64,000 bases of DNA, taken from assembly GCA_002104905.1 (NCBI GenBank), contig MCFE01000277.1:1-64000 (forward strand). Reading direction: 5' to 3'. The stretch's first letter is position 1. Every line of letters begins with the position of its first letter. Shown here in pieces: positions 1 through 10,716 of the stretch. Source of the stretch: Basidiobolus meristosporus CBS 931.73. Lineage: Eukaryota > Fungi > Basidiobolomycota. A program made the translations under genes and the position numbers. The notes beneath the pieces are model-generated. The model saw nothing but the letters and a program-made list of their open reading frames with translations, had not been told where the DNA came from and searched no databases.

Positions 1-2
1 TT

Positions 3-165
3 AGACTTTTTCCATTGTGCCATTGATTGTAGTGCTAGAAAGTGCTGTATATTTTGCTATTAGTTTGATATTCTAGGGTCATATGCAAGTCAATTTTGAT
101 CCCATATTAGCACTGTATGGCACCATTTGGTATGCTATGGCACTATTGGGCACAATGATCAGCCA
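3..165. mobile_element. Terminal fragment of the PIF/Harbinger-like family (TIR-like AGACTTTTTCCATTG)
   Basis: Window opens tt-AGACTTTTTCCATTGTGCC, matching the TIR AGACTTGTTCCATTG at 6831. The inner boundary is approximate. Confidence 0.45.
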
Positions 166-299
166 GAAGGATGTGGAAATTAACTAGTCTGTTAGGTTTG
201 TTGACCAAGATAATCTGTAATTGATCTGCAAGCACAAATACCTCTATATGGTTTTAAACCAATACCAAGAGTCTAAAATTGCAAAATAGATTTTTGCTT

Positions 300-969
300 G
301 GAATTGCTGAGTTTCCTCAGAGGTTCTTCAGACTATAGTATCTACTTTAAGCCAAGCCAAAAAAAACTAGTTCTATTAGCCCTATATGTGTATGTTCTTA
401 ATATAGCTACCACTAACTAAGAAGCATTGGGAGCAACTAAATACAGCTTATCTAAGAAGTACCATTTGTTTGCTATGCAAGAGCTCAGTTACTACTTACA
501 AATAAAGTCTTCAGAAGTAGAAGTGCCCAGATCATCATCCCAAGCCAGTCCAAGTATGTCCAAGATATATTTAAGAGGCACCAAATGGAAGTCTACATAT
601 CAGCACCTACCCCAATGGAGACAAATATTTCTTGGTTAAGGCTCTACCAAATCAAGCCAGCTTAGTGTGATCTGAGAGAAGAGCATCCCCTTGATAATCT
701 GAAGTCAGCAGTCTTGTGAATACCCTCCTTGAAATATGTTGAGAAATTTCAAATTCAGTGAGAGTGGTCAGCCAGGCTGATTTGAACAATGGATATGATA
801 AAATTGTGGAAGTCAAGCAGATTCTCAGAGACTATAGAGGAGCAGCTGATTTCTACTAAAGGTACACTTACAAGGACTCAGAACAGGATCTTGTAGGATA
901 CCAATATGCAGATTGCAGAAGAAAGTTAAAAGACATAAGATCCACAACAGGATGCACCTTTTGTTACTA
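300..969 (+). pseudogene. Ty1/copia reverse transcriptase-RNase H relic
   Basis: Broken translations give LVLLALYVYV (copia LYVDD), LSKKYHLFAMQELSYYLQI (MKDLGELSYFLGI-like), SAPTPMETN, ILRDYRG and GYQYADC...DIRSTTGCTF (GYSDADW...RRSTTGY). Cut at 970 by a CMC terminus. Confidence 0.75.
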
Positions 970-1328
970 CCCTGTGAGAATTAATTTGGTCCCATGGGTA
1001 AATCACATCTAGATTGGCTGTCAGGATCCTGCAATGAGGCCATCAGAACTCCCACAGCTTGGAGTTATAGGCCCTCTACATAATCCTATGGCAGATTGTG
1101 ACAGTGTTTTGCTGCTTTTACTACCAAACCCACTAATACACTTGAAGATATTTGATAATAGTTTTGCAAGACCTGCATGGCATTCCAATGGTCTGAATGT
1201 AGTTTAAGTCCATTTGAGTGGACCCAACCAGCCAATATATGCAATTGCCTTATATACCCAAAAGCCCTTATAGAGTTCTGATGGCCTTAGTGTAAACCTC
1301 AGTTGGCATTAGCATTGCAGAATGGCAG
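970..1328 (-). mobile_element. CMC (CACTA/EnSpm-like) terminal fragment
   Basis: Starts CCCTGTGAGAATTAATTTGG, homologous to the termini at 13336, 15681, 39647 and 41237. Interrupted by the LTR at 1329. Confidence 0.65.
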
Positions 1329-2010
1329 TGTTATGATCTACTGCTTGAATGTTTAAGTTATATCAGTCTTTAGTCAAATGAATTAGCTTGATATTTAGTC
1401 TAACAGTATATCAGTGTTATCTATCCCCATGAGGAATCCCAAACTTGGAATTCATTTGATTTTCAGCTGGTATTCTGATGGTATTCTGATGGTAACCAGC
1501 TGGTGCTTTTGGTTCAAAATTTCAAATGCAATTTCTGATGAAAGTAATGGGCAGCTGATAATCAAATTTGGCATAGATGTTAGTTGGCCTAGTCTCTTCC
1601 TGGAGAGCTTGGTTGTTTCCCTGCCCATCAGCTAACAATAGAGATATTGCAAGTTTTCAATTTTGAGAAACTGGAAATTCAGCTGATATTGTAATGGTGT
1701 TCTGCTGTCCTTTTCTGAATTCATTTTCTTAGGGTATCAAATTGGTAATATCAGCCAGAAGATGAATCATCAGATCCTTATCAGACAGGAATATATGTGT
1801 TAAGGAAGACCTAATTGGATGACAATGATACAATCAAATGAGTCATCACCCACAACCTACATTTGGGAATATTACTATTCAGCAATTGAAATGGCAAAAT
1901 GTATATAAAAAGCTGCTGGAACTTCAATAAAAGTCAGTTCTTGTTTTAGTAAATACAATACTATCCAAGCTCCCAATTCCACTACAACCCTTATATCAAG
2001 ACTTGTAACA
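1329..2010 (+). repeat. 5' LTR of A1 (~369 bp plus a 309-bp insertion)
   Basis: Aligns with LTRs at 5639, 14215, 18980, 24529, 25073 and 29585. Confidence 0.9.
1426..1734. mobile_element. 309-bp CCC...GGG MITE-like insertion inside the A1 5' LTR
   Basis: Absent from all other A LTRs and flanked by duplicated TATC (1422-1425, 1735-1738). Its right end (...TTCAGCTGATATT...TTAGGG) recurs at ~44706-44766. Confidence 0.75.
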
Positions 2011-2172
2011 TGGGTAGCAGTAATAACTGGAAACCTTCCTCCTCAAGAAAGAAGAAGCCTCCCTCCAAAAGTCAGAAAACCAAGAATGTAAGAATTCAAT
2101 ACAGCAAATCCTGGCCCAACAGCAGAAATTACTCCAAATCCTTAGCCAACAGCAACATGGATTGACTACCAT

Positions 2173-2701
2173 TGTCATGATCACATGACAACCATGAACA
2201 CCCATGCCAAGTTTCAGCTTCCTAGCTCAATTTCTAAGAGATTCCTTCCGGAACCTTCTACTACCTTCCAGAAAGTTCCTGACCATTCCAAACTATTGTT
2301 ACACAATGGAACATTCCATGGAAGCTTCCCATTGTATTTTTCATAGTTCAGCACCATATATGAAAATACCAGGTCACATGACTTAGTCACATGATCAGGT
2401 GACCCAGCCCATTTCCCCATCTGGTTTCAGTGCTGTGTCATCTATGTCATTATCCCCAGCACCATTGTTGTGCCTTACCCCACAACCCCATTAGTATTAG
2501 CCAATATCTCTCAGCATAAGTATAGCCAAAAAGTATATATAGTCCTGTCCCCCCTTAAGTATTCCTCAGTCTGATAAACACAGGTCTTGAATAAACAGCC
2601 TTGCGTTGGAAATCCACCTTGCCTTGTTGATCCACAGCTGAGTCCTTTCCTGGTCCTGCCTTGCCTAGCTCTACTCTCCTACCTTGTGTCTATTCATAAC
2701 A
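2173..2701. mobile_element. Solo LTR, family B (529 bp), inserted in A1 gag
   Basis: TGTCATG...CATAACA with 5-bp TSD ACCAT (2168-2172, 2702-2706). gag is continuous across it. A second, truncated copy lies at 16049-16368. Confidence 0.88.
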
Positions 2702-5638
2702 ACCATGGGCCAGAGCCAGCAAAATCCTGTCAAGAGCAACTTCAGTGTGAAGGTCAACTGGTACCATGGTAGAGTCAATGAAATCTAGGAACTTAGCTCT
2801 TCCAGATTGAAGAAGCTTTTAAGGGATATGGAATTGCTCCAGAAAGTAAGTTGCATTATGGGCTTCTTACTTAGCAGATGCAGCTTTGCAGTGGTACCAT
2901 AACAAGTTCAGGTCAACCACCATGATGGGATGCACTACAATCTCCACCAGGGATGAGTTTGTGTTGCAAATTCAGGATGTTTTTTGACCCTGGATCAGCA
3001 GACACTACTAAGAAGGACATTCAAGATACTCTGACAGAAAGGAATGGTTCAAGAATACATCACTAGGTATAGATGTCTACTTAGGCAATTTGAAAGAATG
3101 AACCCTCTGGATCATGTTGAATACTTCATTGATGTGTTGAAAGAGAGGGCTTATAAGGAAGTGAATTATCAAAGAACTTAGACTATTGAAGAAGCCATTA
3201 AGATTCCCATTGACTATGCTTCAGCTATGTTTGGAGTTGGGAAGCCCAGTATGACTAATCAGAGAGGCTATAATCACTATGAAAGAAGACAATCAGAGGC
3301 AGTGCAAATGGAAATAGATGCTGTGCAGAAGAATCCCACCTCAGAAGAATGTGAGAAGAGAGGATGTTGCTTTTGCCACCAGCAACAACATATTGCAAAG
3401 TACTGCCCTAGAGCAGAAATAGACACCAGTCAGCAGCAACAGTTGACCACATTGAAGCCCTTGAGCATAGTAACATGAGAGATGAACTTGAAGATGACTC
3501 TTTACTCACCATCCATATCACAGAACTAAAACTCAGGAAAGCTATTATACTTAAATGGAGTAATCAATGGAGATCTGCCAGTATTATGATTGACTCAGGC
3601 AAATCACATGGGTGCATGTCAGAGCATGTTGCTTTGGAAGCTGGAATCAACTCAGAACCCACAAAATCAACATCAGCCTCAATAGCTAATGGGAACTCTC
3701 ACCTAATTAACCATATCACTCAGCCAGTAAGAATGAAGATAAATGACTATGGAGAAGACCTACAGGCCTATACTTGTGGGCACTGCAAGTTTGGCCTGCT
3801 ACTTGGGAAAACATGGCTATTCTGTTGTAATACACCTATGAACTGGAGAACCCATGCCACCCAGATCCAAAAAGACAACCACACGTATGAGCTCTTTTCT
3901 GCTAAGCTGGATTTCAACTTGGTTAATTCTAGTGTGTGTGAAACATGTAAGCTAAGCAAGACACAGTTTTATAGAGCACTTGGAAATGGTAACCAGATGT
4001 CACTCATGGTGGTATTACAGGATGATTCCTCTACCCCAGTTCCTAACAGAGTCCAGACTCTTTTGAAGGAAGATTCAGATGTGTTTCCAGATGGGCTTGT
4101 AAGCCTTCCACTAGTCAGAGATGTGGATCATGCCATTAACACAGAAGATAGCTCCCCAGTGAGCAAGACACCTCACAGGATGAGTCCATTGCAATAGGAA
4201 GAGATAAAGAGACAAAAAGATCAGTTACTGAAGTAGGGATATATCACACCCAGCAAGTCACCTTGGGGAACATTAGTGCTTTTTGTGAAAAAGAATGATG
4301 GAATACGTAGGATGTGCAGTGGAAGCAAAGTCTTTAACTTAGGTCCCATGAATAATAAGTACCCCATACCTTGGATTGATGAGCATTTGGACCAACTCAA
4401 TGGAGCCACCATGATTGGAAAGATTAACCTCATGACAGGATACAGCCATATTAGGGTGAAACCAGAAGATATCCCAAAGACAGCATTCAGGACCAGCTAT
4501 GGAGATTACAAGTACTCAGCCATGAGGTTTGGCCTCACCAATGCCCCTGCAGCATTCATGACCTTGCTGTAAAGTGTCTTCCAGGAGTACTTCGACAGGT
4601 TTGTGGTTATCTACCTTGATCACTTATTAACATATAGCAAGACAGAAGAGTACCACTTGGTGCACATTGAAAAGATGTCGAAGAAGTAAAAAGAGAACAA
4701 ACTTTATGGCAAGATAGCTAAGTATGGATTCTTGAAGAAACACATTGAATATCTGGGATACATTGAGACTAGCACAGGAGTGAGCTTAGACCCCAAGAAG
4801 GTTGAAGTCTTCAAGGATCTTAAGCAGCCCCATAGCATACCTGGTCTCAGATCATTCCTTGGAATGGTTTCCTACTATTGGAGATTTATCAAGCCCTTTG
4901 CATGTATTGCTGCCCCTTTATCCAATATCCTCAAGAAAGAAAACACCTTGATGTGAGACATAGCCTGTGAGACTGCCTTTTAGACACTCACCAATGAACT
5001 TGCTAAGCTGCCAAGCTCAAGAACACTAGATTTCAGAGAAGAGTTTGCTCTGTGCACAGATGCTTCAGACTATGCAATTGGCGGAGTGCTGAGTCAAGAA
5101 CCCAAGTGAAAGGACTACCCAGTTGCCTTTGTGAAAGCCAGAGCATGGTGGCCCAGAATGAAACAAGACATTGAGAAGCTAGTAAAAACATACTCAAATT
5201 GCCAAATCAACCAAGGCCAACCACAGAGAATTGCTAAACTTTTTTCTTTGGAGCCTGTAAGACCATTTGAAAGATGGGGAATTGACTTTATTGGAAGACT
5301 GCCAACTACTAGGAAATGCAACCATTAGATCCTAGTAGCAATTGACCATGCTACAAAATGGCCAGTTGCTAAAGCTGTACTTATAGCCAGTGAACAAGAA
5401 ATTGCAAGTTTCATCTACCATGAGATCCTTATGGAGTTTGCATGCCCTGTAGAGATTTTATTCAATAGTGGTGCAAAATTTATGGCAAAGATATTGGAAG
5501 CTTACCTGGAAATGCAGCAGATCAAACACTTGAAAACCTTGGCATATCACCCCAGAACTAATGAAGTCACTGAATAGTTTAATGAATTATTTGGAAAAAT
5601 TCTGACCAAGTATGCGAATGGAGCTTAGTAGGGAGGAA

Positions 5639-6006
5639 TGTTATGATCCGCCACGTGAATGTTTAAGTTAGATCAGTTTTTAGTGAAATAAATTAGTTTT
5701 ATGTTTAGCTTATCAGTATATCAGTATTATCTATCAAATCAGTAGCATTAGCCAGCAAATGAATCAGCTGATCCTTATCAGACAGAAATAGATATAATAA
5801 GTAGAATCTTATAGGGTGATGATGATGCAATCAAATGAGTCATCAGCCACAGCCTACATTAGGAATGCAATTAGTCAGCAATTGATCTGGCAAAATGTGT
5901 ATAAAGAGCTGCTGGAGCCTCAATAAAAATCAGTTCAAGTTTTAGTGAATACAATACTGGCTAAACTCCCTATTCCTCTACAACTCTTATACCAAGACTT
6001 GTAACA
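5639..6006 (+). repeat. 3' LTR of A1 (368 bp)
   Basis: TGTTATGATC...TGTAACA, preceded by a polypurine tract. Confidence 0.9.
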
Positions 6007-6050
6007 TTTGAAGCTAAATGAGCCTTTTGGGATACTTAAGATAGGGCAAA

Positions 6051-6399
6051 TGTGTTATAATTATTGAGTTGCCACATAAATGATCATGCTAACATAGTCA
6101 CATAGATCTTACTCTTTTATTGGCATTCTCTCCTGGCAAATCACTTGTTGGGATTTACCTGGAATATTTCACCATATTAGCAGGTACCCATATTATGGTC
6201 TTTCTCCAAGTTGTCTAAAAGCCCCCAAACTTTGCACACACATCTTTTGAACCTTACTGCACAAACTCCACACATTTGTATGCCCTACATTATCAAGAAT
6301 ATAAATACCATACTTTTAATCTACAAATATACAAGAGAAAAGCATTCATATCCTTTAGTTCTCCACATTACGTCCAATACTCCACATAATATTGCAACA
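6051..6399 (+). repeat. Diverged family F-like solo LTR
   Basis: Core (GGATTTAC...AATATTT...CAGGTACCCA...CCCCAAACTTTGCACAC) matches 35592-35940 and it ends in CAACA. No clean TSD. Confidence 0.45.
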
Positions 6400-7329
6400 G
6401 GCTATGAGTCCCAAGCTTGCTGTCCTCTTTGTGTCTACTTTGCCTTGGATGCATTTCTGCTAATCTGGAAAAAGACTTTTGATAATTTTGCTCTGCTATG
6501 TTGAAGATTACTACCGCTGCTAAAATGGCTATGTTCATGAGGATATTTCTATGGAGAAGAAGGCTTTGCTTTAAAAAGACCCACTTGGTAGCTGCTCAAG
6601 CTAGTTATGAAGGGGCATCTATCAAGCTGGGATGCAATTTTCTCAAGAAATATAGTATGTTGGTGCACTACCACTACTGATGAAAATTGCATAATCCAGC
6701 AATCAAGGGTTCAACTCTTCAATGAAATATATTTCTCTATGTGTTCATACAGCCATAATTGACTGCTGGATGAGTTTTTGGGTAGGATATTATCTTCAGT
6801 TACAAGAAATATAATAGATCATTATTTAATAGACTTGTTCCATTGTACTGTGCCGGGGCACACAGCGTGATCTATGGCCTTTAAGAACAATCAGGCGCTA
6901 TATTGTAGCTACCATTAGGCAGGATTGCTCTTGGACAATTTTGCACCATGTGGGATGACCTTGCACTCTATGGCACAATCTGACACAATGAGATTGGCAC
7001 AAATGATTGTGCCCACTTATAATGTTTGCATCATGTGCGCAATTGGATACTGCTATTATGGTAGGTAAAATCCGGTATTTGGATATGTTTCTTTAATGTA
7101 AATGGAAATAAGTGCATATTACACTATAAACTACGCTGATACTTACCATTTTGGTTACCATCACTCCAATTGGATGGTATCTCAGTGGTTAATTGGTCCA
7201 AAAGTATCTTAAAGCTCTCACCCACTAATTAGCTCTTTGACCGATACACAAGCTACCTGATTTGCCATCATATATCTCATTTTGCCCATTAAGCAAGTAA
7301 ATCCCTGATCCTAATGATTGGACAAGGAG

Positions 7330-7960
7330 TCAACTAATATATCATGTAATACATTAGTCATTTGAGGCAAAAACTCATTAAAATCTCTTTGGTTCCCAAA
7401 GTCAAGGCACAAACGGACTTGTCCAGCACATACAGAGCAAATTGCTTGCAAAATTGTTCCCGCATGGCTCCCTCATCAAATCCCCTCACTCTCAACTCAT
7501 TCTTGATTTCAATACTTGTCTTGTTATATATCTTTTTACATACATCCGCTAGCATCTTGATGTAGAATTAATGCCACAGCTTTCTACTCAGGTTCTTCCA
7601 TCTCTGTTGACTGTTCAAGGTATCTAGTTCTGCTAGATTAATGAGTAGTGCCCAAATATCTGTATAGAGGCTCATCATAGACACTTGGGCCATACTGGAA
7701 TCATTTGGCAAGAACTTGAACAGATCCAACATTGCCTTTTCCAGTCCAAACCACGCTTGAACTGGGGGATGAGTTTTGTCTGGGTTGAACTGCAGATGAG
7801 TTGAGACTTGGTATAGGGACCATAGTGAAAGATTTGGATACTTATACAGTGGTGAATTGGCATCAACCTGGTCTTATATGAAGTATATATGAAGACTAAT
7901 GTGATTGCTGAATTTTCCATATATCATGCATAATGCCTCTGGAACTGCATTGACACAGTT
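7330..7960 (-). pseudogene. H1 second ORF relic (unknown function)
   Basis: DVCKKIYNKTSIEIKNELRVRGF is homologous to H2 30217-30666 (DVCKKIFNKTSIEVKNELRVRGF). Appears internally deleted relative to H2. Confidence 0.6.
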
Positions 7961-8199
7961 CAGATCACATCAATTGCTGAGTTCCTGTTTGAGTATAGAT
8001 TTGTGAATAAAGCATCAATGAAAATACCCAGTCACTGTTTGAGGATGATTTTTGCAACATAATGATGGGATACATGGCAATTGATGGAGATTTAATCATA
8101 ATGCATGGAAAATCAGATAAACAAAGCAGATTGTGCCAAATTAAATTAAAACATCTCAGCCCAATCCTTACCAACTTTAATATGACTTACTAATCTGAA

Positions 8200-9113
8200 T
8201 GGCCTTTTCTCATCAATCCCATCACCACCACTGAATCTCCTTTTGACACACTAGAGGAGATCTATACAAAGTACTGTGGTCCATATACCCCAATCTTCTC
8301 AAGGAGATCCCTTGTTAAGCTTCTCTGCTATTACAAGAACTATTGCCCTACAAGGTTTCATCCACCATCCATGGCAACAAAAGTCCTGGAAGTTTTCATT
8401 CCCAGCTGACAGCAATGGAGAACCACCTTGCAGAGGGTATGAATGACTTAGAGCAAGCTTGGAGTACTAGGTTCAAAAGCTCCAATAGACTTCCCTATAC
8501 CAGAGTGTTCAGCAACAGGTTCAATATAAGGAGTATTTTGGATACCTTCCCAGTCAGGATTAACAGACCTTCCATAGGGCAGAAGCACTTTTATTCTGGC
8601 AAGTACAAGGCACACTGTGTGAAGCTTCAAGCACTGTCTGACATTGAGGGTACTATCATTTGGTTTAGTGGGCCATTTGCTGGAAGTTGGCATGACAAAG
8701 CAATCTAGGTAGAGAATCATTCAGAATTCAGTAGAGGGGAGAAATGTATGGCAGACTTAGCTTTTATAAGACAGGATTGTCAGAGATTAGAATGTATTAC
8801 AGCTTATAGGAAGCCAAGGGATGGTGTGCTTAGCAGGAAGCAGAAGCTCAACAATGGGGTATTTAATCATTTCAGAGTAAGGGTAGAGCATAAATTTGGA
8901 TATCTGAAGAGATTCAGCATATTGGTAGGTAAATACAGAGGAAAGTCATATATAGGGGTAAGCAGCAGAATAGCTAAAATAGTTAAGATACTTATCAATG
9001 CACAGTACATTCATACAAGAAGATATCCACTGAGGAAATGTGTCTGGAGCATTTTGTTGAGTAAATATAGCAAGGAAAGCACTACTCTGAGCAGCATAAG
9101 TAAGATTGAGTAA
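8200..9113 (+). pseudogene. DDE_Tnp_4-type (Harbinger/IS5-like) transposase relic
   Basis: ILDTFPVRINRP..Q..FYSGKYKAHCVKLQ...GPFAGSWHD, ADLAF, TAYRKP, RVRVEH.FGYLKRF.IL. ORFs 8343-8708 and 8748-9113 share a frame, split by a TAG where H2 has TGG. Confidence 0.85.
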
Positions 9114-10033
9114 AATTACCAGTAACCATATCCTACCACTGGCATTATGGTAGAAGTTACAGTGCCAGATAGTGCCAGATTGATCTAGCACTATACACAG
9201 GCTGACACTATGTGGCTCTATGCAATGGAGCAAGTCTAATGAGCATGATTTACCAAATATGTTGCCACTCAAATAGGCTGAGAATGCAAATACTGCGGTG
9301 GTTAACTGCCATTTTGAACTACCAATTTATGGACAAAAATCTCAGAAACAAACTCTGTTAATTGTTAAGGATCCTATAGATTTAGATAACATATATATCC
9401 ACCTGGAGTACAGATGGGTGCTACACAATTAATTGTAAGAACACTATAATAGTATACAGTGTTTGATACTGAAACCCAAGTACCAGGTGCTAAATATGGA
9501 GCTGTTAAACATGCTTTCTACTGCCAGCCAAGTAAGGTGAATTGAATGATTGCAAGCCTGATTGGAGTATACAACCAAGCAATAGCTGGCCAGTTCACAG
9601 CCAAGGGCTACTCAGAGGATAATAAAGTATCCTATACTTACTATTTATATTTCACCTACTACAGTGAGAGAAAACACTTAGTGACATTTGATTATATTGT
9701 ATACCAGACCAGATTATTGAAAGCAGAAGTCCTGATGTATGCTCTCCATGGAGTTGAAAGAAAAGGGGCAAGGAGCAACCTTATGGTTTTGTTGATTTTG
9801 AGAACACTCAGAAGATCAGTTAGCTTTGCAAATCAAGCTCAAGGTTGAAGATAAATATCAGGAGAATAAGGATAATCCAAGCCCAATTAAAGAGCTTTCT
9901 ACCACTGGAAAAGCACCAGTCTCTACTCTACAAGCACATTCTGAATAGAAAAAAATAGCTGTATCAGTTCAAATTAGTAGGAGCACTCTAAGAATATCTA
10001 TCAGAGAACCTATGTTACTTGTTGACTTCAAAC

Positions 10034-10340
10034 TGGGTAGGTCAAGATGCAAATGGATTTGAAACTACTGTACATAAAGTTATTAGTTCACAGAGAGTTC
10101 TTGCTACTTAAGAAAGTGTAAGAAGACCACTCTGGATCATTTTTGGGGATCTGAATCACTGAACAGATGTGGTCTAAATGGGAGCAGGCCATCCCAGCTC
10201 AGAGTTGGGGAAAAACCTATTTACTTGGTAACAATATTAGTGCCACAGTGTTAGGAAAGTAGGATAATCCAGCTCAGGCATGAATGACAAAACCTTGACT
10301 TGGCCCAACAGAGGTCATTTCTTTGAACACATATAGAGTC
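10034..10340 (+). pseudogene. Possible non-LTR (LINE) APE-endonuclease relic
   Basis: WIIFGDLN (10133-10156) resembles WIIxGDFN, followed by TWPNRG. Many stops and no RT seen. Confidence 0.3.
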
Positions 10341-10429
10341 TAAATGATGAAAGTTACTGTCCCAGAGCCTAATACCAATAACAGTGAAGTTGTCTAAATG
10401 AATTAGATATTTGCCTGGAAAAAAGAAAA

Positions 10430-10716
10430 CTCCAGATATGCTTATTTAAGCAACCACCTGAAGCCACATCTACCCAAGGTATTTTGGCAGCATTGGGAGT
10501 CATACACTATCATTGCAAGACATTTGCCCAGGAGCAGATAATCAGTGCCAATTTGTCAAATATAAAGCTTTTACGCAGTGTGTTTTTGACAGGATTTGGC
10601 CACTACACTACAAATGCAAAGCTGAATCTACAGATCTCTGCTATTACTGCATCTATGCTGTACTAAGGAATTCTCAACTATGGTATGCCTGATTTCTCTT
10701 GGTCATAAGATTAATT
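10430..10716 (+). mobile_element. CMC transposase fragment
   Basis: Homologous to 38480-38620 and to ~39000-39040 (GGTATGCC.GATTTCTCTTGGTCA). Interrupted by the CMC element at 10717. Confidence 0.55.

Larger units (their letters stand above)
1329..6006 (+). mobile_element. Ty3/gypsy family A, copy A1 (degenerate, two internal deletions)
   Basis: LTRs 1329-2010 and 5639-6006 (TGTTATG...TGTAACA). PBS-like TGGGTAGCAG at 2011, PPT AGTAGGGAGGAA at ~5627. Relics of gag, protease (MIDSG), RT, RNase H (TDAS) and integrase (RWGIDFIG). No matching TSD. Confidence 0.92.
6831..9237 (+). mobile_element. PIF/Harbinger-like (PHIS) DNA transposon H1, both ends present (2407 bp)
   Basis: TIRs AGACTTGTTCCATTG (6831) and CAATGGAGCAAGTCT (ends 9237), with 3-bp TSD AAT on both sides. 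Transposase on +, second ORF relic on -. Confidence 0.88.
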
